Below are positions 11,764 to 21,925 of a stretch of 64,000 bases of DNA, in pieces. This DNA is from Malacoraja senta (taxonomy: Eukaryota), in contig CM075993.1 in NCBI GenBank assembly GCA_038087875.1, forward strand, positions 124,001 to 188,000, written 5' to 3'. Position 1 is the first letter of the stretch. Every line of letters begins with the position of its first letter. Below the pieces are notes generated by a model. It was not told the DNA's origin. It searched no databases and worked only from the letters and a program-made list of their open reading frames with translations. The position numbers and the translations under genes were made by a program.

Positions 11764-13852
11764 CGATATGGGTGGAGCTGCGAAACACTAAGGGGCAGAA
11801 AAAGCTAGTGGGAGTTGTGTACAGGCTACCTAACAGTAGTAGTGGTTGGGGTTGGCATCAAACAGCAAATTAGAAATTCGTGCAACAAAGGTAAAACAGT
11901 TATAATGGGTGACTTCAATCTACATATAGATTGGGTGAATCAAATTGGCAGGGGTGCTGAGGAAGAGGATTTCTTGACTGTATGCGGTATAGTTTTCTAA
12001 ACCAACATGTAGAGGAACCAACGAGAGAGCAGGCTATTCTAGACTGGGTATTGAGTAATGAGGAAGGGTTAGTTAGCAGTCTTGTTGTGCGTGGCCCCTT
12101 GGGCAAGAGTGACCATAATTTGGTTGAGTTCTTCATTAGGATGGAGAGTGACATTGTTAATTCAGAAACAAGGGTCTGAACTTAAAGAAAGGTAACTTTG
12201 AGGGTATGAAACGTGAATTGGCCAAGATAGACTGGCAATTGATTCTTAAAGGGTTAGCGGTGGATATGCAATGGAAGGCATTTAAAGACTGCATGGATGA
12301 ACTACAACAATTGTTCATCCCAGTTTGGCAAAAGAATAAATCAGGGAAGATAGTGCATCAGTGGATAACAAGGGAAATCAGGGATAGTATCAAAACAAAA
12401 GATGAAGCATACAAATTAGCCAGAAAAAGCAGCCTACCAGGGGACTGGGAGAAATTCAGAATTCAGCAGAGGAGGAAAAAGGGCTTAATTAGGAAAGGGA
12501 AAATAGATTATGAAAGAAAACTGGCAGGGAACATTAAAACTGACTGCAAAAGTTTTTATAGATATGTGAAGAGAAAAAGATTAACTAAAACAAATGTACG
12601 TCCCTTGCAGTCAGAAACAGGCGAATTGATCATGGGGAACAAGGACATGGCAGACCAATCGAATAACTACTTTGGTTCTGTCTTCACTAAGGAAGACATA
12701 AAATAATCTGCCGGAAATAGCAGTGGACCGGGGGTCAAATGAGATGGAGGAACTGAGTGAAATCCAGGTTAGCCGGGAAGTGTTCGGTAAATTGAATGGA
12801 TTAAAGGCCGATAAATCCCCAGGGCCAGATAAGTTGCATCCCAGAGTACTTAAGGAAGTAGCCCCAGAAATAGTGGATGCATTAGTGATAATTTTTCAAA
12901 ACTCTTTAGATTCTGGAGTAGTTCCTGAGGATTGGAGGGTAGTTAATGTAACCTCACTTTAAAAAAAAGGGAGGGAGAGAGAAAACGGGGAATTACAGAC
13001 CAGTTAGTCTAACATCGGTAGTGGGGAAAATGCTAGAGTCAGTTATTAAAGATGGGATAGCAGCACATTTGGAAAGTGGTGAATTCATTGGACAAAGTCA
13101 GCATGGATTTATGAAAGGTAAATCATGTCTGACGAATCTTATAGAATTTTTCGAGGATGTAACTAGTAGAGTGGATAAGGGAGAACCAGTGGATGTGTTA
13201 TCTCTGGACTTTCAGAAGGCTTTCGACAAGGTCCCACATAAGAGATTAGTATGCAAACATAAAGCACACGGTGTTGGGGGTTCAGTATTGATGTGGATAG
13301 AGAACTGGCTGGCCCTTTTCAGAATGGCAGGCACAGTGCTGGGACCCCAGCTATTTACAATATATATTAATGAACTGGATGAGGGAATTGAATGCAACAT
13401 CTCCAAGTTTGCGGATGACACGAAGCTGGGGGGCAGTGTTAGCTGTGAGGAGGATGCGAGGGGGGATCTTATAGAAACGTACAAAATTCTTAAGGGCTTG
13501 GACAGGCTAGATGCAGGAAGATTGTTCCCGATGTTGGGGAAGTCCAGAACAAGGGGTCACAGTTTAAGGATAAGGGGGAAATCTTTTAGGACCGAGATGA
13601 GGAAAACATTTTTCACACAGAGAGTGGTGAATCTCTGGAATTCTCTGCCACAGAAGGTAGTTGAGGCCAGTTCATTGGCTATATTTAAGAGGGAGTTAGA
13701 TGTGGCCCTTGTGGCTAAAGGGATCAGGAGGTATGGAGAGAAAGCAGGTACAGGATACTGAGTTGGATGATCAGCCATGATCATATTGAATGGCGGTGCA
13801 GGCTCGAAGGGCCGAATGGCCTACTCCTGCACCTATTTTCTATGTTTCTATG
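11764..13852 (+). mobile_element. CR1 LINE ORF2 with frameshifts and internal deletions
   Basis: MGDFN, SDHN, KSPGPD, LDFQKAFDKV and FADDTK motifs in ORFs 11815-13761; tail TTTCTATGTTTCTATG. Confidence 0.9.
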
Positions 13853-14088
13853 TCGTCATTCCCTTAGAATCCAATGTCCCTCATCCACTCAAGTGTCCCT
13901 CAGTCCCTCAACATCGGTCAGTGTCCGGTGCTCCCTCATTGACCCTTAGTCTGGCAGTCCCTCAGTGTCCTTCATTCCCTCAGTGACCAATGGTCATTAA
14001 AATCTTGCTCAAGTGTCCCTCATCTCCCTCATTTCCCTCGGTGTCCGGCTTGGCGGCAGTGTAAGGGGGGGGGGTCACGCGGGGCTCG

Positions 14089-14268
14089 TGGCCGGAGTGA
14101 GCGGACAATCGCTTCGCACGAGCTGTCCTTCGCGCGCTGAAGTTTGGAGCTGGTTTGGCGGGTTTGACGGACAGCGGCCTCCGCCAATCGGATGGACTGT
14201 CCACCCTATGGCCGGAGTGAGGTCCAATGGTCAGCGAGGTGGGCGGGACATGGCGGTGTCTATAAAAG
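14089..14268 (+). promoter_or_regulatory. Pol II-type promoter: two CCAAT boxes, GC box and TATA box in a CpG-rich segment
   Basis: CCAAT 14184-14188 and 14224-14228, GGGCGGGA 14241-14248, TATAAAAG 14261-14268; TGGCCGGAGTGAG is duplicated at 14089 and 14209. Confidence 0.7.
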
Positions 14269-14307
14269 GCGGTGCTGTCCCGGCAGCGTCCGCAGTGTCC
14301 GTGGGCG

Positions 14308-15250
14308 ATGGCCGGAGAAGAACCTCGACCCGCGCCCCCACGGCGAGTGGACAGCGGCGCGCTCCCGCCAGGGATCCTTCAAGACACAACCCATCGCTCT
14401 GGTCAGCGAGGCTTCACCTGCCGGACGGATCTGCGTTCCGGACACGACCAAGGGTCAAGGCCAAAGACATCGCCCGTCTCCCCCAATTTAATAAAATATC
14501 CTCTCAGGGGTCACTCCTTCCTTCCCACCCGCCCTGTCCAGAGGAGCGAGGGTGAGTATGAAGGGGGGTGAGGACGTGGAGTCTCTTTCTTGTGTCATTC
14601 TGCTCCATTGATGTTGTTCGCAGTTACACTCACCGGCGCTAAATCCCCGCAAGTCCAGCTGCGCACAAACATCTGCAGGTCAGGTTGACTCCCGAGTAGA
14701 TCCAGCGCCCCTGGACCGATCTGCGACCAGCCTTGAAGACGATGGCGTGGGAGACCGCGACCGAGATCTTGTCAGAGATTGGTGAGCTTCAATCTCCTCG
14801 GTCAGAAGAAAAAGATCTGGAGGAACTCAGCGGGTCAGGCAGCATCTGTGGAGGGAATGGACAGACGACGTTTTGGATCGTGACCCATCAAGACTCCATT
14901 CTAGTCTCCATTTAACAGGTCAGTTTCCGAGGCAGCCGGTACCAGAGGTTGATGGTCACCATGGATGGAATGACACATCGTTGAAGATCCCAAAGGCCAA
15001 TCTTGCTCCAAGTTCTCTGTGACCTTCCACACCTGGTGCTGGAGAAGCTGTTGAGGAACAATTTGGTGCCCTCGATCTCCCCCAGAAGGTGTGAAGGGGA
15101 AAACATGAAACATCTGCCGACTGATATGGTCGCCAGCTGTTTGCGAGGAACTTTCCCTCCAAAGACTTGCAGGAAAATGCCACTGGGGCAGATGATGAGT
15201 CAGAGCCGGACAAGTTTGACAAATTTCTTAAACATTGTGGATTGTCCTGT
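14308..15250 (+). pseudogene. Unidentified spliced transcription unit (pseudogene-like or non-coding)
   Basis: ATG in good Kozak context at 14308, open to donor G|GTGAGT (14551/2); acceptor TTCGCAG (14623); donor G|GTGAGC (14781/2); acceptor TTTAACAG (14918). The spliced frame hits TGA in exon 2. No protein family recognised. Confidence 0.4.
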
Positions 15251-15804
15251 GCAACCCCAAGAGGGATTGGATAGCACGCAACAAAAGCCTTTCACTGTAC
15301 CTCAGTACACATGACAATATAAACCAAACTAGACTAAAGTAAACCAGATTAATCTAAACTAAACTAAACTAAAACAGATAAAATGAACATCAGGAACTCG
15401 AGTGCCGTTCGTGTAAAACCATCGGATTTGAAGAGACATCTGTGGGGAGCACACCGGAATTTCTCACTCCGTCCAACAAAGGCCATTTTAAAAGCCACTA
15501 GCCACTCCGCCAGCGCTCTCATCTGTATTTGGGATTTCATCATCAACATTTCCCAGGGGAGAATCCACGGCGTTTAAGAAATTTGTCAGGTTCTGACTCA
15601 ACACCATCTGGAGGAGATCTGGGGCCACAAGAAGTTCCACCAAGTTGTTCCTCAACAGCTTCTCCAGCGCCAGGTGTGGACGGTCATGTAGAACGTGGAG
15701 CAAGATTGGCCTTTGGGATCTTCAACCATGTGTTATTCCAGTCCATAGTGATCATCAACCTCTGCTATCTGCTGTTGTCCTTAACTCACCTGGTGAATGG
15801 AGAC
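14904..15804. repeat. Long imperfect inverted repeat (arms ~14904-15248 and ~15557-15804)
   Basis: For example GTTGAAGATCCCAAAGGCCAATCTTGCTCCA and GCTGGAGAAGCTGTTGAGGAACAA occur on + in the left arm and on - in the right arm; ORFs 15003+ and 15488- share LEKLLRNNLV. Confidence 0.85.
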
Positions 15805-15807
15805 TTG

Positions 15808-16707
15808 AAGGATGTAGTGTACCTGGACTTTCAGAAAGCATTTGATAAGGTCCCACATAGGAGATTATTGGGCAAAATTAGGGCACATAGTATTGGGGGT
15901 AGAGTGCTTACATGGATAGAAAATTGGTTGGCAGACAGGAAACAAAGAGTAGGGATTAACGGGTCCCTTTCAGAATGGCAGGCAGTGACTAGGGTGAAAA
16001 GTTGGGAAAAGTGGAAGTACAACGGAATCTGGGGGGTCCTTGTTCATGTCAATGAAAGTAAGCATGCAGGTACAGCAGGCAGTGAAGAAAGCGAATGGCA
16101 TGTTGGCCTTCATAACAAGAGGAAGTTGTGTATCGGAGCAAAGAGGTCCTTCTGCAGTTGTATAGGGCCCTGGTGAGACCACACCTGGAGTATTGTGTGC
16201 AGTTCTGGTCTCCAAATTTGAGGAAGGACATTATTGCTATTGAGTTAATTCCCAGGATGGTGGGACTGTCATATGCTGAGAGAATGGAGTGGCTGGGCTT
16301 GTATACTCTAGAATTTAGAAAGATGAGGGGGGATCTTATTGAAACATATAAGATTATGAAGGGTTTGGACACTAGAGACGGGAATCATGTTGCCGATGTT
16401 GGGGGAGTCCAGAACCAGGGGCCACAGTTTAAGAATAAGGGGTAAGCTATTTAGAACAGAGATGGGGAAACTCTTTTTCACACAGAGTTGTGAGTCTGTG
16501 GAATTCTCTGCCTCAGAGGGCAGTGGAGGCCGGTACTCTGGAAACTTTCAAGAATGAGCTCGATAGGGCTCTTAAAGATAGCGGAGTCAAGGGAATATGG
16601 GGAGAAGGCAGGAACGGGGTACTGATTGTGGATAATCAGCCATGATCACATCGAATGGCGGTGCTGGCTCGAAGGGCCGAATGGCCTATCCTGCACCTAT
16701 TGCCTAT
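15808..16707 (+). mobile_element. CR1 LINE RT/3' fragment with deletions (repeated at +10520)
   Basis: DVVYLDFQKAFDKVPH, LVRPHLEYCVQFWSP and a CR1 3' UTR. Confidence 0.85.
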
Positions 16708-17049
16708 TGAAGCAAGGTTGTGTCCCAGCTCCCATGCTGTTCGGCATCTTCCTATCTGCCTTCTGTCCTTTGTCTTCACGACTGACACAGGAGCGTATCT
16801 TCGCACTAGAAGCGACAGGAACCTCTTCATTCTAGCAATGCTGAATGGTTCTTTATTAGTAATATTTACCGAGCTAAAGTGAAATTCATTTCTGTATGCA
16901 CTTTAATACATGCATCACCATACATAATCACTTTGACAAATCTTAAATAAGCATCTCGGATATGGTACAAGTGTATAACAGTAGTAGATTGAGATAGTAG
17001 ACAGAGAGGCCAGGTTTGGTGCCATTTTTCAAGTCTCAGTTTGTAAGTG

Positions 17050-17612
17050 TAAGCTAGCCAAGAATATAAAGGAGGATAGTAAAAGCTTCTTTAGGTATGT
17101 GAAGAGGAAAAAAATAGTTAAGACCACAGTTGGACCCTTGAAGATTGAAAAGGGTGAATTTATTATGGGGAACAAGGAAATGGCAGATGTGTTGAACAGG
17201 TACTTTGGATCCGTCTTCACTAAGGAAGACACAAATAATCTTCCTGATGTACTGGTGGCCAGAGGATCTGGGGTGACGGAGGGCTGAAGGAAATTCACAT
17301 TAGGCAGCTAATGGTGTTGGGGAAACTGATGGGACTGAAGGCTGATAAATCCCCAGGGCCTGATGGTCTGCATCCCAGGGCACTTAAGGAAGTGGCTCTA
17401 GAAATTGTGGACGCATTGGTGATAATTTTCCAATGTTCTATAGATTCAGGATCAGTTCCTGTGGATTGGATGGTAACTAATGTTATCCCAATTTTTAAGA
17501 AAGACGGGAGAGAGAAAACAAGGAATTATAGACCAGATAGCATGGCATCAGTGGTGGGGAAGATGCTGGAGTCAATTATAAAAGATGAAATAGCTGCACA
17601 TTTAGATAGCAG
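17050..17612 (+). mobile_element. CR1 ORF2 internal fragment (repeated at +10520)
   Basis: YFGSVFTKED, KSPGPDGLHPR and NYRP motifs. Confidence 0.85.
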
Positions 17613-18619
17613 TATAGGGCCTGTCCCACTTTGCGATTTTTTAGGTGACTGCGAGCATCAGTGACTGACACCCGTAAAACCGTCAAGTTGTACGACATAC
17701 ACGCTGATGTATGCTGTCCTGCGTGTGACGCCCGGTTAGGGATAGGATCAGGGTTGGGGTTAGGGCCAGGGTTTGGGTTAGGGACCACAGATGGGCTGTA
17801 AAATATTCTTCCTTCAATGCATGGATTTTCAACATCAATATATTAAAATTAATACAATAAAATCAATTGTGCAAATGAAAAGATGTCTGAGTCGTTCAGT
17901 TTTATTTACAGATGTATTGGTCCGCTTCAAGATCCAATCACCGTCTCTAACTTTTCACAGGGATGGATTCAGTGAGTGTAGACTGAACTCCCCTCTCCCC
18001 TCCACTGCCTTCTTCCCCCATCCCACCCCATCCCTCCTTCTCCACAACCACCCTACCCTTGTCCACTCCTCTCTCCCCCCCTTCTTCCCTTCTCCCTACT
18101 CCTCTTCTCCCCCTTCTCCACTCCCCCACCTCCCCTCACATCCCCTTCTCCTCTCCCTCCCTTCTCCCATTCTTCAACCCCCCCACCCACTTTCCCCAAT
18201 GCCCCCCATTTGTGCACCCAGCCTGCGACCAGCGAATACCCGCATACTATCCCACACATGCTAGGCACAATTTATACAAAACCTAACCCTAACCTAACCC
18301 TAAACCTAACCATAACTCTAACACTAAGACTAATCCTAACTCTAGGTTGATAGGCTTGGTATAAGTATAAATTGTCCCTAGCGTGCGTGGGATAGTGTGC
18401 GGGGGATCGCTGGTCGGTGCGGACTTGGTGGGCTGAAGGGCACTGTATCTCTGAACTAAATGTGATACAGGGGTGCCAGGGGTTGGACTCGGACCCCCAA
18501 TTTTCTGCCTGCTCATGGGAACTAAACTGTTGGCCATGAGTTGTCCCAGAGGGCAGATCTCTCTCCCAATGGTCTCCAAACCCCCAGAGGCAGCGGGCTT
18601 TTCAACTGGGTACAGTTGA

Positions 18620-19797
18620 AAACATAGAAACATAGAAAATAGGTGCAGGAGTAGGCCATTCGGCCCTTCGAGCCATTCAATATGATCATGGCTGATCATC
18701 CAACTCAGTATCCTGTACCTGCTTTCTCTCCATACCCCCTGATCCCTTTAGCCACAAGGGCCACATCTAACTCCCTCTTAAATATAGCCAATGAACTGGC
18801 CTCAACTACATTCTGTGGCAGAGAATTCCAGAGATTCACCACTCTCTGTGTAAAAAATGTTTTTTTTCTCATCTCAGTCCTAAAAGGTTTCCCCTTTATC
18901 CTTAAACTGTGACCCCTTGTTCTGGACTTCCCCAACATCGGGAACAATCTTTCTGCATCTAGTCTGTCCAACCCCTTAAGAATTTTGTAAGTTTCTATAA
19001 GATCCCCCCTCAATCTTCTGAATTCCAGTGAGTACAAGCCGAGTCTATCCAGTCTTTCCTCATATGAAAGTCCTGACATCCCAGAAATCAGTCTGGTGAA
19101 CCTTCTCTGTACTCCCTCTATGGCAAGAATGTCCTTCCTCAGATTAGGAGACCAAAACTGTACGCAATACTCCAGGTGTGGTCTCACCAAGACCCTGTAC
19201 AACTGCAGTAGAACCTCCCTGCTCTTATACTCAAATCCTTTTGCTATGAATGCTAACATACCATTCTTCACTGCCTGCTGCACCTGCCTTTCTTCACTGC
19301 CTGCTGCACCTGCATGCCTACTTTGAATGACTGGTGTACCATGACACCCAGGTCTCGTTGCATCTCCCCTTTTCCTAATCGGCCACCATTCAGGTAATAG
19401 TCTACTTTCCTGTTTTTGCCACCAAAGTGGATAACCTCACATTTATCCACATTATACTGCATCTGCCATGCATTAGCCCACTCACCCAGCCTATGCAAGT
19501 CATCTTGCAGCCTCCTAGTACCCTCCTCACAGCTAACACTGCCCCCCCAGCTTCGTGTCATCCGCAAACCTGGAGATGTTGCATTCAATTCCCTTGTCCA
19601 AATCATTAATATATATTGTAAATAGCTGGGGTCCCAGCACTGAGCCTTGCGGTACCCCACTAGTCACTGCCTGCCATTTACTCCTACTCTTTGCTTCCTG
19701 TCTGCCAGCCAGTTCTCTATCCACATCAATACTGAACCCCCAATACCGTGTGCTTTAAGTTGTGGGACCTTGTCGAAAGCCTTCTGAAAGTCCAAGT
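18620..19797 (-). mobile_element. CR1 LINE 3' portion (repeated at 29140-30317)
   Basis: ORF 18705-19283, [10 protein letters not shown] and FADDTK; CATAGAAA tail; internal tandem duplication of TTCTTCACTGCCTGCTGCACCTGC. Confidence 0.9.
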
Positions 19798-20379
19798 AGG
19801 TAAATCCATAATGGACATGATCTTCTCCCTGCGTCAAATACAAGGAAAATGTCAAGAGCAGCAAACCCCATGTTCATCGCGTTTGTGGATGTTACGAAAG
19901 CTTAGAGGTGGTCATAAGTTTTGTGTGTGATTGCATTGATGTGCTGGACCCAGGACAGATCTTCTGAGATATGGACAACCAGGAACTTGCAACATAACAT
20001 TCTGCACCACTGTCCCATGAATGAAGACAAGTTTGTGGATCATTGGCTTTCCCCTCCTGAGGTCATCGACCATCTGTCATGTTTCTTGTGATTGACCAGA
20101 GGACAATATCTGACGAGACGGCCATGGACCAGGGCTGGCACGCAGAAGCTTCATCACACCTGACCCTGCTGTGTTGCTAAGGAAGATCTGGTATCCCTGG
20201 GAATGTGGAGCTGATCCTCTGTAAACTGCTCTCAGTGGAAGACCATGATGAAGGTGCATTTATAGAGCTCGGCTGTCAGCAAAGTTGGAGCAGAAAACTG
20301 CTGGAGGAACTCAGTGGGTCAGGCTGCATCTGTGGAGAGAATGGACAGACAATGTTTGGATCAGGACCCTTCAAGACTC

Positions 20380-21452
20380 CATTCTTGTCTCCATTTACCA
20401 GGTTGGATTATGATGACAGGGAATGGCCAAGATTGATGATCACCATGGACAGGAGTGACAGATGATTGAAGATCCTGAAGACCCAATTATTTTGCTTCAC
20501 GTTCTCTGTGACCTTCCACACCTGGAGCTGGAGAAGCTGTTGAGGAACATCTTGGTGGGATTTCTTGTGGCCATGGATCTCCTCCATATTGTTTGAAGGG
20601 ACAAACATGACAGATGTGTGTGCCGGCGGTCGGTCGAGGACGCGCCGCTGAGAGAACACGGCATCTGCGGAGGGAATGGACAGATGAGGTTTGGATCGGA
20701 AACCTTCGAAACTCCATTCTTGTCTCCAGGTCGGTTTCTGACGACAGGAAATGGCCAAGTTTGATGATCACCGTGGACTTGAATGACAGATCCTTGAAGA
20801 TCCCGAAGGCCCAATCTTGCTCCACATTCAACGTCACTTTCCACACCAGGCGCTGGAGAAGCTGTTGAGGAACAAATTGGTGGGACTTCTTGTCGGCCCG
20901 GATATCCTCCAGACGGTGTGAAGGGGAAAGCATGAAACATCTGCCGACTGGTGTGGTCGCCAGCTGTTTGTGAGGAAGTTTCCCTCCGAAGACTTGCAAA
21001 AAAATGCCACTGGGGCAGATGATGAGTCAGAGCTGGACGAGTTTGACAAATTTCTTAAACGGTGTGGATTCTCCTGTGCAACTCCAAGAGGGATTGGATA
21101 GCACGCAACAGAAGCTCAAAAACAGAGAAAATGGATGTCAGGAACCCGAGCCGTTCGTGTAAAACTATCGGATATGAAGCCACATCGGTGGGGACCACAC
21201 CGGAATTTCTCAGTCCAACAAAGGCCCTTTTAAGAGCCACCACTAGAAAGAGCTACAACCTCTTCCCCGCCCACGCTCTCATCTGCATTTGGGATTTCAT
21301 CGTCAACATTTCCCACAAATGGCAGCGATCTGTTGCACGTAAGAATCCACGGCATTTAAGAAATTTGTTAAACTCGTCTGGCTCTGACTCATCATCTACC
21401 CCAGTGGCATTTTCCTGCAAGTCTTCGGAGGGAAAGTTACTCCGAAGACTTG
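20380..21452. repeat. Paralogue of the 14.9-15.8 kb unit: two tandem exon-like copies plus an inverted arm (repeated at 30900-31972)
   Basis: Copies start after ...TCTCCATTTACCAG (~20401) and ...TTGTCTCCAG (~20729); 20976-21072 is inverted at ~21341-21438. Confidence 0.8.
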
Positions 21453-21925
21453 GATCCATAATGGACATGATATTCTCCCTGCGTCAACTCCAAGAAAAAT
21501 GACAAGAGCAGCAAACCCCATTGTGGATTTTACAAAAGCTTTTGATTCCGTCAGCAGACACGGCCTCTATCAGCTACTGGAGAAGTTTAGATGTCCACCA
21601 CGTCTTCTGATCCTCCTTCCATGAGAACATGCATCAACAGTGGAATTTGATGAAGCTACATCGGACAGTTTTCCCATGAGAAGTGGAGTGAAGCAAGGCT
21701 GTGTCCCAACTCCCATGGTGTTCGGCATCTTCCGATCTGCCCTTCTGCCCTTTGCCTTCCCAACAGGCGCGGAAGACGTGTATCTTCAAACCAGAAGTGA
21801 TGGGATGCTCTTCAATGTGGCAATGTTGAAAGCCAAGACGAAGATGAGATCTGTGCTTATAAGGAACTCCAGCCCACTGATGATGCTACACTCAGTTCCC
21901 CAAAAGAAGAAGGACTTCAGGGACT
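21453..21925 (+). mobile_element. RTE-clade LINE RT fragment (related pieces at 16708-16845 and 19804-19900)
   Basis: MDMIFSLRQLQEK, DFTKAFDSV and GVKQGCVPTPMVF motifs. Confidence 0.8.
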
